Shown here: positions 1-7,637 of the stretch, in pieces
How the letters are laid out: each line of letters starts with the position of its first letter
How positions within the stretch are numbered: the first letter of the stretch is position 1
Origin: a virus
Taxonomy: Duplodnaviria > Heunggongvirae > Uroviricota > Caudoviricetes
DNA length: 44,370 bases
Direction: 5' to 3' (one strand)
Virus record (IMG/VR): IMGVR_UViG_3300045988_005581
The notes under the pieces: model-generated
Database searches by the model: none
Seen by the model: only the letters and a program-made list of their open reading frames with translations
What the model was told of the DNA's origin: nothing
Program-made: the position numbers and the translations under genes

Positions 1-119
1 ATTTTTTTTATCTATTTTCTGTGATGACTAGTTGACTATTATCCTCGACCCTATTATATTTACTTCATCGACAACGAGAACGGAGTAGAGAGAAATGGGC
101 AACGTATCGACGATAGAAA
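1..119. repeat. Terminal duplication (copy 1), identical to 44252..44370
   Basis: Bases 1..119 match 44252..44370 exactly by eye; the junction lies in the T-run of the terminator at 44231..44260. Implies a unit length of 44,251 bp; the repeat touches both window edges so its true extent is unknown. Confidence 0.9.
32..60 (+). promoter_or_regulatory. sigma70-like promoter TTGACT-N17-TATATT
   Basis: TTGACT at 32-37, 17-bp spacer, TATATT at 55-60; about 35 nt upstream of the first ORF (ATG 95). Confidence 0.5.
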
Positions 120-295
120 TAACCGAAGAACTCGAAGTTAAATGTATCGCATCAGCTATAATAGGGAATGGTTCGGTGGAAAAACTACAGATGAGGGCTG
201 CTGCGGGCTACATACGCAGGGCTAATAGCGCGCAGACTGATGTTTTACGTAAACGTTACCTCGTGAAAGCGTTAGAAATACTGGAGAATAACTAA
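95..295 (+). CDS. hypothetical small protein (66 aa), first gene of a coupled small-ORF chain
   Basis: ATG at 95 with purine-rich RBS (GGAGTAGAGAGAA); stop overlaps next start (TAATG). No recognisable motif. Confidence 0.6.
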   Translation: MGNVSTIEITEELEVKCIASAIIGNGSVEKLQMRAAAGYIRRANSAQTDVLRKRYLVKALEILENN

Positions 296-444
296 TGAAA
301 ATCACAGATATCGAAGCATTCAAAGACGCGCAACTGATGGCGCGCATCGCAGTTAGTAACCTGAGCAACAGCATTCCAGCGGACGCGTTCTGGTTCGCTG
401 CGATGCAGACACTTAAAGCAGCTTATGCAGGAGAGAAGAAATGA
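295..444 (+). CDS. hypothetical small protein (49 aa)
   Basis: ATG at 295 overlaps the preceding stop (TAATG); ends TGA 442-444 overlapping the next ATG (441). Below the 60-aa cut-off of the ORF track; called from translational-coupling geometry. Confidence 0.45.
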   Translation: MKITDIEAFKDAQLMARIAVSNLSNSIPADAFWFAAMQTLKAAYAGEKK

Positions 445-638
445 AAGTTAAAGCCGCTAAAATTCTCTGGTTAGCCGCCCTTGACTATGTGACAGAGGGT
501 AAAGTGTACGATGTGTACAACCCGACAGCTACTGGTTTCGGTTATATAGACTCCGACGACGACTGCTGTATTTTCATAGACTTTGGTAACGATGAAGGTG
601 ATGGCTTCCACGGCGTTAAATGGGAGATTGTAGAATGA
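441..638 (+). CDS. hypothetical small protein (65 aa)
   Basis: ATGA start/stop coupling at both ends; acidic, Cys-containing; no recognised motif. Confidence 0.6.
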   Translation: MKVKAAKILWLAALDYVTEGKVYDVYNPTATGFGYIDSDDDCCIFIDFGNDEGDGFHGVKWEIVE

Positions 639-793
639 GCGAACAAGGTCAAGTAAGCCAACCACTACGGGTAGGCCGTAAAGTCAGCCACACCCCGTTC
701 CCGACACGCGAGGAACTGATGAAACGTAACAGTTTCCCTGGGCCGGACAAGAACAAGTATCTCAATCGCATGTGGGGAGAGCGTAAAGTATGA
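635..793 (+). CDS. hypothetical small protein (52 aa)
   Basis: ATG 635 overlaps upstream stop (ATGA); stop 791-793 overlaps ATG 790 of the next ORF. Not in the ORF track (<60 aa). Confidence 0.45.
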   Translation: MSEQGQVSQPLRVGRKVSHTPFPTREELMKRNSFPGPDKNKYLNRMWGERKV

Positions 794-1014
794 CTAATAA
801 CGAATATGAAAAAGCATGCGTCGAATCCGCGACCGGTGAATCTGAAATAGCGTGGATTGACACCCACATCGAACACCACTTACGGCAGGTGGATAATCTT
901 ATGGAACGCCGCCGTGAGCTGATTAGCCGCTTCAACATGAACAAGGGGCGCGCTATTTCTGACGATTTCGATGGGGATTACCGAAATGGCGATTTTTATG
1001 AGGGAGCCGAATAA
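790..1014 (+). CDS. hypothetical protein (74 aa)
   Basis: ORF-track ORF; ATGA coupling upstream, TAATG coupling downstream. Confidence 0.6.
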   Translation: MTNNEYEKACVESATGESEIAWIDTHIEHHLRQVDNLMERRRELISRFNMNKGRAISDDFDGDYRNGDFYEGAE

Positions 1015-1304
1015 TGCCTAAAATCACAATCGCGTCACTTGAGCGTCGTATTCTGGTCCTTGAGTCAGAGAAACAGACGTTAGGCGGGCAACTGTCAATT
1101 AACGGTGAGTTTCAACTGGAGGCGTTTAAGGAGTTACTGGCTATTAAGACGCAAGAACCGAACGTGTACGCGGGGTTGTTCGTCGGTGAAGACAGTTCTT
1201 CGCTGGCTTATTACAACACGGCAACCGCAGCTTCAAAGGATGGGGCTGATGTGATAATCCCGCTGTACGACAATGTTGTCGGACCAGAAGATGAAAGCGC
1301 CTGA
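1014..1304 (+). CDS. hypothetical protein (96 aa)
   Basis: ORF-track ORF, ATG 1014 overlapping the preceding stop. Confidence 0.6.
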   Translation: MPKITIASLERRILVLESEKQTLGGQLSINGEFQLEAFKELLAIKTQEPNVYAGLFVGEDSSSLAYYNTATAASKDGADVIIPLYDNVVGPEDESA

Positions 1305-1473
1305 ACCGGTAGTTATTGATGGCGTCCTGTGGAAACCATACTCGGTTAACCACATCGACGCCGACGGGAAGAAGTTTAGCTTCTACATTTTTGCAATTAG
1401 CCGTGAGCACGCCGCTTGCGTGGTTTCCGATATACGAGAAACGGCGTGGCTCGGTGATGAGATAGTGGGGTGA
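1291..1473 (+). CDS. hypothetical protein (about 60 aa; alternative start 1273)
   Basis: In-frame ATGs at 1273 and 1291; 1291 gives ATGA-type overlap with the end of the upstream ORF (stop 1302-1304). Start uncertain. Confidence 0.45.
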   Translation: MKAPEPVVIDGVLWKPYSVNHIDADGKKFSFYIFAISREHAACVVSDIRETAWLGDEIVG

Positions 1474-1477
1474 GAGT

Positions 1478-1570
1478 ATGAGTCTCGAGGTGGTTATTGG
1501 CCTTGTAGCAGCAGGTTATTTTATCGGCGTATTGATTGGGTTTATGTGGGGTAGAGACAGTGTTCAGTGA
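1478..1570 (+). CDS. possible 30-aa hydrophobic peptide
   Basis: ATG 1478 preceded by GGTGAGAG; translates to a single predicted TM-like segment (MSLEVVIGLVAAGYFIGVLIGFMWG...). Very short; speculative. Confidence 0.3.
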   Translation: MSLEVVIGLVAAGYFIGVLIGFMWGRDSVQ

Positions 1571-1730
1571 CATCAACGCAGCAATCGAAGAGGCAATCTG
1601 GCGCCGCTACAACGGAGAGCAGCAGCGGCACTTCTGCCTGGTGCAACGCGGCAACATGGTCGCCGTAGTGCAGGACCGCGATAACAAATATCCGAATGCG
1701 ATGTGGACGACGAGGAATTTCTTAAGATGA
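1536..1730 (+). CDS. hypothetical protein (start uncertain, non-ATG)
   Basis: ORF-track ORF; no ATG near the 5' end, candidate GTG at 1560; stop 1728-1730 overlaps ATG 1727 of the next ORF. Confidence 0.4.
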   Translation: MGLCGVETVFSDINAAIEEAIWRRYNGEQQRHFCLVQRGNMVAVVQDRDNKYPNAMWTTRNFLR

Positions 1731-1963
1731 TTACCAGCATTCCTAACCTTATTAAAGAATTTGGCACGATGGCGGAGACGTGCCGACAAACAGGCCTCAA
1801 CGAAATGACGATTGCGAAGTACAGCAAAGACGTGAAATGCGAGCGCCATGTAATTTATAATAACCGCCTTATGACGCACGTTAAGACAAGCCCGGTGTTA
1901 TTCACGCGCCGTGGTATCACTAAAACAGAGCAACGCATTGCGCGAGAGGAGAGCGGGGAATGA
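1727..1963 (+). CDS. hypothetical protein, possible HTH (78 aa)
   Basis: ATG 1727 in ATGA overlap with upstream stop; tool start 1703 is GTG. Segment TGLNEMTIAKYSKD is weakly HTH-like. Confidence 0.5.
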   Translation: MITSIPNLIKEFGTMAETCRQTGLNEMTIAKYSKDVKCERHVIYNNRLMTHVKTSPVLFTRRGITKTEQRIAREESGE

Positions 1964-2232
1964 TTGAATATGATAACTACCACATAAACCGGTGTGAGGC
2001 ACTTGAATTTTTGTCCAGAAACTTCCACGATTTCCCAGAACACATGCCTAATGTACGCGAAGTTGCGGAGGGTATTTCCGAGAACATATTCAAAGGCTGG
2101 CGATTCGTCGTTATTGATTCTGGTGAGTTGGTTTTCGCTGATTGCCTTTCACCATGTATTCGTAAAATAGACCTTGAGGAATTTAATGCAACTTTTAGTC
2201 TTTCCGAATGCCTGGGTTATAGCGGTAGCTAA
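1960..2232 (+). CDS. hypothetical protein (90 aa)
   Basis: ATG 1960 with GAGGAG RBS and ATGA overlap; followed by an intrinsic terminator. Confidence 0.55.
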   Translation: MIEYDNYHINRCEALEFLSRNFHDFPEHMPNVREVAEGISENIFKGWRFVVIDSGELVFADCLSPCIRKIDLEEFNATFSLSECLGYSGS

Positions 2233-2291
2233 CGACCATTACGGCGGCGACGGTAAACGAGCGCCACGCCACGGCCTATATAACTGATACA

Positions 2292-2314
2292 AGCCCTCTA
2301 CGGAGGGCTTTTCT
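2292..2314 (+). terminator. rho-independent terminator after the small-gene block
   Basis: Stem AGCCCTC (2292-2298) / GAGGGCT (2303-2309), 4-nt loop, then TTTTCT. Confidence 0.6.
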
Positions 2315-2343
2315 GTACATCCCGCCCAATCCCCTTATATAAT
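2314..2343 (+). promoter_or_regulatory. candidate promoter TGTACA-N18-TATAAT upstream of terminase genes
   Basis: Perfect TATAAT at 2338-2343; weak -35 (TGTACA 2314-2319). Followed by a perfect hairpin AGACGCG-TAGGG-CGCGTCT (2350-2368). Confidence 0.35.
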
Positions 2344-2408
2344 CCCTTTAGACGCGTAGGGCGCGTCTGGTGCGCTCTGATGGTCAGACGCATATGCAAG
2401 GGGATTCT

Positions 2409-2918
2409 ATGAAGCTGAAACTTAAGCAGCCATCGCCAGAGGTGGTACAAGCTGCACATGAAGAAGCTGTTAGCGCAAACCGTCGCCGTAAACGACCGCG
2501 CGGTAAACAGAGCCTTTATCAATCATCCCGTAATTCCGCCGCGTTGTGGGACCCGGGCTATTGCGATGCACTAATCGAGTTCTTCGACCGCACGTCGTGG
2601 GAGCTTGTGCCTACGTCTAAGGGTGACGAACGCCCGCTGATTCAGGATAAACCACCGTCACTGGCCCGCTTCGCCTTACACATCGGAGTCACTATCCCGA
2701 TTATTAAGCTTTGGCTGCGTGAGATTCCCGCATTTGCAGAAGCCTGGGAGACAGCACAGGCGCTGGAAGAGGCATACTTCACTGAAACGGGGGCCGCGGG
2801 CATCTCTGCTACGTTTGCTGCCGCGAAACTGGGCCTGAATAAAACAGTTGTCGCCGAAGAAGTACGCGACGAGCCAATCAGCGAAGTAACAATTAAGGTG
2901 GTGTCCGGTGAACGTTAA
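2409..2918 (+). CDS. terminase small subunit (putative)
   Basis: ATG 2409 with AAGGGG RBS (tool start 2370 lies upstream); basic N-terminal region; located immediately upstream of and overlapping the large terminase. Assignment by position and composition. Confidence 0.6.
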   Translation: MKLKLKQPSPEVVQAAHEEAVSANRRRKRPRGKQSLYQSSRNSAALWDPGYCDALIEFFDRTSWELVPTSKGDERPLIQDKPPSLARFALHIGVTIPIIKLWLREIPAFAEAWETAQALEEAYFTETGAAGISATFAAAKLGLNKTVVAEEVRDEPISEVTIKVVSGER

Positions 2919-4179
2919 TATCACGGCAACGGAGCCGCAAGGCGCGTTTCTCGGTATGCATTGCAAGTTTCCGGCATTCGTAGCTGGCTTCGGTACGGGT
3001 AAATCCGAAGTTATGTGCAACTCTGCACTACTCGACAGCATGGAAGGTGGTAGCGATTCTATCATCGCCATGTATGAGCCGACTTATGACCTGGTGCGCC
3101 TCATCCTTGCACCGCGTATGGAAGAAAAGCTCACCGACTGGGGTATCCGGTACAAATACAACAAGTCTGACAACATAATCTATACGTCTTCCGGACAATT
3201 TGGGGATTTTGTTCTGCGTACACTTGATAATCCAGCACGAATCGTTGGCTACGAATCGTTTCGTGCGAAAATCGACGAGTTGGACACCCTTAACATGGAG
3301 CACGCCGAGCACGCGTGGAACAAAGTCATCGCCCGTAACCGCCAGTTGCCGCGGACATATAAACCTATTACACCGAAACCTGCTAATACCGTTTCCGTGT
3401 TCACTACCCCGGAAGGATTCCGTTTCGTACATGACCGCTGGGTAGTCAAAAAGAATCCAGGCTACGAGATGATTCAGGCGTCCACCCTGTCTAACCCGTT
3501 CCTGCCAGAAGATTATGTGCAGTCGTTACGCGACACATACCCAGGTCAGTTGATTGACGCCTACATCAACGGCGAGTTCGTCAACCTGACGGCGGGGACT
3601 GTCTATTACGCCTATGACCGCAGGAAAAACAGCAGCCGCGAAACAATAAAACCAGGCGAGACTCTGTATATCGGGCAGGACTTTAACGTAGGCCACATGG
3701 CTAGTACAGTTTACGTGCAACGTGGCAAAGTCTGGCATGCAGTCGCCGAGTTGGTGGATATGTTCGATACGCCCGATGTGGTGAGAGCCGTAACAGAGCG
3801 CTGGAAAAGTAAGGGCCACTATATCGTTATGTACCCCGACGCAAGCGGTAAAAACCGTAAAAGTAACAACGCCAGCACATCTGATATCGCCCAGTTACAG
3901 CAGGCCGGCTTCGAAGTGCGCGCTAAATCGACAAACCCACCGGTTAAAGACCGCGTAGCGGCGATGAATAAGGCGCTTGAATCTGGTATGGTCATGATTA
4001 ATGAACAGGCTTGCCCTGTTACCGCACGATGCCTGGAGCAACAGGCTTACGACAAGAACGGCGAACCGGATAAATCAGGCGGTGTGGACCACCAGAATGA
4101 TGGAACCACATACCCTATCGCGTATGAAATGCCGATTCGCAAACCAGTTATTAACGTCCCGGTGACTTTCGCACTTTAA
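2908..4179 (+). CDS. terminase large subunit
   Basis: Walker A-like GFGTGKS near the N-terminus, 423 aa, followed by portal gene. Tool start is GTG 2908; alternative ATG at 2956. Confidence 0.85.
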   Translation: MNVNITATEPQGAFLGMHCKFPAFVAGFGTGKSEVMCNSALLDSMEGGSDSIIAMYEPTYDLVRLILAPRMEEKLTDWGIRYKYNKSDNIIYTSSGQFGDFVLRTLDNPARIVGYESFRAKIDELDTLNMEHAEHAWNKVIARNRQLPRTYKPITPKPANTVSVFTTPEGFRFVHDRWVVKKNPGYEMIQASTLSNPFLPEDYVQSLRDTYPGQLIDAYINGEFVNLTAGTVYYAYDRRKNSSRETIKPGETLYIGQDFNVGHMASTVYVQRGKVWHAVAELVDMFDTPDVVRAVTERWKSKGHYIVMYPDASGKNRKSNNASTSDIAQLQQAGFEVRAKSTNPPVKDRVAAMNKALESGMVMINEQACPVTARCLEQQAYDKNGEPDKSGGVDHQNDGTTYPIAYEMPIRKPVINVPVTFAL

Positions 4180-4191
4180 GAGGATTATTCA

Positions 4192-5673
4192 ATGTTAACT
4201 ATGAACGGTCAGAATCAGGGTGTTAAGACAAAACACCGGGAATGGCTGCATCACTTCGATAAATGGCAGAAGGTACGCCACGCTCTTGAAGGCGACCTTA
4301 TCCGCTATCTGCGCAACGTCGGGAAGAACGAGCCTGACCAGACCTACGCAGCACAGCGACAGGAAGAATACGAGAACGGCGCTATCTGCTACAATTTCAC
4401 CAAACGCACGCTGGCGGGGATGACGGGGTCAGTGATGCGCAAAGACCCTGAGCAGATTATCCCGCCTGAACTTGAGTACCTGTTGCACAACGCTGACGGT
4501 TCAGGTGTCGGGCTGTGGCAGCACGCGCAGGATACGCTGATGGAGATTAACTCGATAGGCCGTGGCGGGTTGCTGGTGGACGCCCCGGAAACAGCCGCAG
4601 CAACGGCGGCAGAGCAGAACGCGGGATTATTAAACCCGGTAATCGCATTCTATACCGCGGAGAACATTATCAACTGGAGACTCACCCGCATCGGTTCAGT
4701 GAACCGCGTGACGATGGTTGTATTGCGTGAGGCATGGGAATACTCGGAACCAGGCGCTGAGTTTGAAACAAAATTCGGCGAGCAATACCGCGTCCTTGAC
4801 CTGATTGACGGTCGCTACCGCCAGCGCATCTACCGCTTCGATGCCGAAGGTGGCGCACAGGATGAAGTAATCGAAATCTTCCCGGAACTCGGCGAACAGT
4901 TGCGCGGTAAAATCCCGTTCACGTTCATTGGCGCAAGCAACAACGACGCCACTATAGACGATGCGCCTTTACTGCCGTTAGCTGAGCTAAATATAGGACA
5001 CTTCAGAAATTCGGCCGATGTGGAAGAGGCCAGCTTTATAGTAGGTCAACCGACACTGTTCATTGCCCCCGGCGAGAACATGAGCATGGAGCAGTGGAAA
5101 GAAGCCAACCCACACGGCATACGCATGGGGTCGCGTTCAGGCCACAACATCGGCTCCGGCGGAAATGCGTTTCTGGTTCAGGCGGCGGAAACTAACCTCG
5201 CCAAACAGAACATGCTGGATAAAGAGAATCAGGCCATCCAGATTGGCGCGCAGCTTATCACCCCGACGCAGCAAATCACCGCGGAATCGGCCCGCCTGCA
5301 ACGCGGCGCCGACACGTCAGTCATGGCAACAATAGCACGTAATGTAAGCATGGCGTATACCGATGCGTTGCGCTGGGTTGCGGGTATGCTTGGGCTTAGT
5401 GAAGATACTGAGATTGAGTTCAAGCTGAATATGGAATTCTTCCTGCAACCGATGACCGCTCAGGACCGCGCTCAGTGGATGGCGGATATTAACGCTGGCC
5501 TGCTACCCGCCACCGCTTACTATGCTGCGTTGCGCAAGGCAGGTGTGACTGACTGGACAGATGAGGACATTCAGAACGCTATTGAAGACGCACCTCTGCC
5601 GTTGGGTTCTGTTGCTCAGGTAGCGGGAGAGATTCCGCAGTCGGCGCAGCAACAGGACACCACTCAGCAGTAA
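4192..5673 (+). CDS. portal protein
   Basis: 493 aa directly downstream of TerL, strong RBS AAGAGGA, acidic Gln-rich C-terminus; assignment by size and synteny. Confidence 0.8.
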   Translation: MLTMNGQNQGVKTKHREWLHHFDKWQKVRHALEGDLIRYLRNVGKNEPDQTYAAQRQEEYENGAICYNFTKRTLAGMTGSVMRKDPEQIIPPELEYLLHNADGSGVGLWQHAQDTLMEINSIGRGGLLVDAPETAAATAAEQNAGLLNPVIAFYTAENIINWRLTRIGSVNRVTMVVLREAWEYSEPGAEFETKFGEQYRVLDLIDGRYRQRIYRFDAEGGAQDEVIEIFPELGEQLRGKIPFTFIGASNNDATIDDAPLLPLAELNIGHFRNSADVEEASFIVGQPTLFIAPGENMSMEQWKEANPHGIRMGSRSGHNIGSGGNAFLVQAAETNLAKQNMLDKENQAIQIGAQLITPTQQITAESARLQRGADTSVMATIARNVSMAYTDALRWVAGMLGLSEDTEIEFKLNMEFFLQPMTAQDRAQWMADINAGLLPATAYYAALRKAGVTDWTDEDIQNAIEDAPLPLGSVAQVAGEIPQSAQQQDTTQQ

Positions 5674-5683
5674 GTTCACCTAT

Positions 5684-5704
5684 AGCCCCGAAAGGGGCTT
5701 TCTT
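5684..5704 (+). terminator. terminator-like hairpin between portal and head-morphogenesis genes
   Basis: AGCCCC-GAAA-GGGGCT then TTCTT; probably partial or stabilising. Confidence 0.4.
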
Positions 5705-5709
5705 ATAGT

Positions 5710-6786
5710 ATGCTATTAACTTTAGCGCCACAGGGTTTATCTATGAGCTTACTTACATCCCTAATCAGCCATCAGATATGGCTGCAACGCACCGCATCCG
5801 GTGAAGTGAAAGACCTCACGCCGTTCATTCAGGAGATAAGGGATGAAATCAAACGGCAGGTGCTGTTATTCGGTGACGACGGTCGCAGCACTGCGCGACT
5901 GAATAAACTGTTACGCGACCTGGAAGAAGCACTAACCGGTATTACGGGTGACTGGCAAACAAAGCTAACAGACGACCTTAAGGAACTGGCGGCGTACGAG
6001 GCTGAGTGGAACGTAAAGACACTGACCGCCAACGTAGACGCGGAATTTGTTACGCCTACCGCTGAGCAGGTATGGGCCGCTGCCGAGTTTCAACCATTAT
6101 CATTGAGCGACAAGCCCGTTGATTTCACCAAGCTGATGTCTGGATGGGGCGAAACGGAAGTAGCACGTCTTGTAACTGGAGTTAAGATGGGCTTTGTGCA
6201 AGGTCAAACCACACGGCAGATTGTTAAGAATGTTGTTGGCGCTGGTGGACTAGCCGACATCTCAGAACGTAACGCGACTACGGTAATCCGCACCGCGCTG
6301 TCCCACGTATCCAACGAGGCCCGTAACGAGACGTACCGCCAGAACGACGACATCATCGAGAAATATGAGTGGGTGTCAACTTTGGACAGCCGTACCAGCA
6401 CGATTTGCAGGGCCAGAGACGGAATGACGTGGGAAATCGGTAAAGGTCCGATGCCACCAGCCCATCCTAATTGCCGAAGTACCACTGCACCGGTAATCAG
6501 TTCAGAGTTCGACTTCCTTGATAAAGGCGCAAAACGTGCGGCTAAGGGTGCGTACGGCGGTACTCAGGTAAGCGCAGACACCACCTATTACGAGTTCCTG
6601 AAACAACAACCAGCATGGTTTCAGGACCAGGCGATCGGTCCTGTTCGTGGTAAGATTTTCCGTAACAGCGGTATATCGCCGGAAGAGTTTCGCGTAAAAT
6701 CTGTAGATGGTTTCGGGAATCCGCTTACGCTTAAGCAGATGGCGGAACTCGATAAACGTGTTGCTGATTATCTGAAAGGGGATTAA
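5710..6786 (+). CDS. head morphogenesis protein (Mu F / SPP1 gp7-like)
   Basis: Contains TLDSRTSTICRARDGMTWE, matching the conserved D-x-R-T...C...DG signature of Mu F-like minor head proteins as I recall it; sits after the portal gene. Start could be 5710 or 5740. Confidence 0.8.
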   Translation: MLLTLAPQGLSMSLLTSLISHQIWLQRTASGEVKDLTPFIQEIRDEIKRQVLLFGDDGRSTARLNKLLRDLEEALTGITGDWQTKLTDDLKELAAYEAEWNVKTLTANVDAEFVTPTAEQVWAAAEFQPLSLSDKPVDFTKLMSGWGETEVARLVTGVKMGFVQGQTTRQIVKNVVGAGGLADISERNATTVIRTALSHVSNEARNETYRQNDDIIEKYEWVSTLDSRTSTICRARDGMTWEIGKGPMPPAHPNCRSTTAPVISSEFDFLDKGAKRAAKGAYGGTQVSADTTYYEFLKQQPAWFQDQAIGPVRGKIFRNSGISPEEFRVKSVDGFGNPLTLKQMAELDKRVADYLKGD

Positions 6787-7247
6787 TGATGGGCTTTTTC
6801 AAAGTAACTGATGTGCCGTCACGTCGCGTAGTCCAGTACGCTCGGGTGTCTGGCTCTGGTGAGAACGTGGTGTTTATTGAGGATGAAAGTGTACTGGGTA
6901 CACCGGTAGACGACATGCCGTTTGCGGATAAAACCGGCATTGCGCTGCCTGCGGCCGGTATGCTCTATGAGATTCCGTATCTGGCGGACGCAGGCGATGT
7001 GTATTTCTCTGTGCAACCAAAAGACGCTGAACTGGCCGACGGCAGCGCGACTATCACTGTCGAAGTTAAAGCAGGTGAAGCGCCGTATGCACTGACCTGG
7101 TACAAAGACGGTAAGGAAGTTGTCAACGCCCCGGAAGAGGCACTTTCCTTGACGGTTAACGCAGTGGGTGAATACTTCGTTAAAGTTACCGATGCTGATG
7201 GTGTAGAGGCTGTCAGTAAAGCTGCGAAGGTCACTAAGCCCGAATGA
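6786..7247 (+). CDS. Ig-like domain protein (possible head decoration)
   Basis: C-terminal segment YALTWYKDGKEVV...GEYFVKVTDADG resembles Ig-like/BIG-type domains; shares the motif with ORF 10559..10909. Confidence 0.6.
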   Translation: MMGFFKVTDVPSRRVVQYARVSGSGENVVFIEDESVLGTPVDDMPFADKTGIALPAAGMLYEIPYLADAGDVYFSVQPKDAELADGSATITVEVKAGEAPYALTWYKDGKEVVNAPEEALSLTVNAVGEYFVKVTDADGVEAVSKAAKVTKPE

Positions 7248-7251
7248 TAAA

Positions 7252-7278
7252 AGGCCCCATTAAGGGGCCTTAGTTTTC
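7252..7278. terminator. bidirectional intrinsic terminator
   Basis: AGGCCCC (7252-7258) / GGGGCCT (7264-7270) with 5-nt loop; T-runs on both strands. Lies between convergent genes. Confidence 0.65.
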
Positions 7279-7480
7279 AACGGAATCTTGTGTTTAAATC
7301 CTGCTCGTGGACGACCCTCAGAACAGTGTCATAATCCCCGTATCTTCCAGGTTCAAATACATCTAATGCCTTGTAAGCAGACATTGCGTCAGGGAAAACC
7401 TGCAGAACCTTTTTAACACGGCACAAGTCACCGTCGAACTCTTCATCGAACTCTTGAACTACTTCGCAAATTGCATACAT
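7277..7480 (-). CDS. hypothetical acidic protein (67 aa), solitary antisense gene
   Basis: ATG at 7480 (minus) preceded by GGGGGTG RBS and a sigma70-like promoter; terminated by the bidirectional terminator. Confidence 0.5.
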   Translation of the reverse strand: MYAICEVVQEFDEEFDGDLCRVKKVLQVFPDAMSAYKALDVFEPGRYGDYDTVLRVVHEQDLNTRFR

Positions 7481-7507
7481 TTTTCACCCCCTGCTTAAGT
7501 TAACTGA

Positions 7508-7536
7508 ATAGTACCCTATTATATTGGGGTGTGCAA
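7508..7536 (-). promoter_or_regulatory. sigma70-like promoter TTGCAC-N17-TACTAT (minus strand) with embedded dyad
   Basis: On the minus strand: TTGCAC (7531-7536), 17 bp, TACTAT (7508-7513); dyad AATAG-N4-CTATT at 7507-7520. About 25 bp upstream of the ATG at 7480. Confidence 0.5.
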
Positions 7537-7602
7537 ACTATTTATTTACTTATTCCAGTTATTCCGCTCAATTGTAAATGTTGGAATAAACTATTCGAAT
7601 AG

Positions 7603-7631
7603 TTGACTTTTCACTAAAAATATGATAAGCT
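7603..7631 (+). promoter_or_regulatory. promoter P_A: TTGACT-N17-TGnTAAGCT (extended -10)
   Basis: TTGACT 7603-7608, 17-bp spacer, TG 7623-7624, TAAGCT 7626-7631. Identical core promoter at 39890..39918. Preceded by the perfect palindrome ACTATTCGAATAGT (7590-7603). Confidence 0.6.
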
Positions 7632-7637
7632 CCACCT

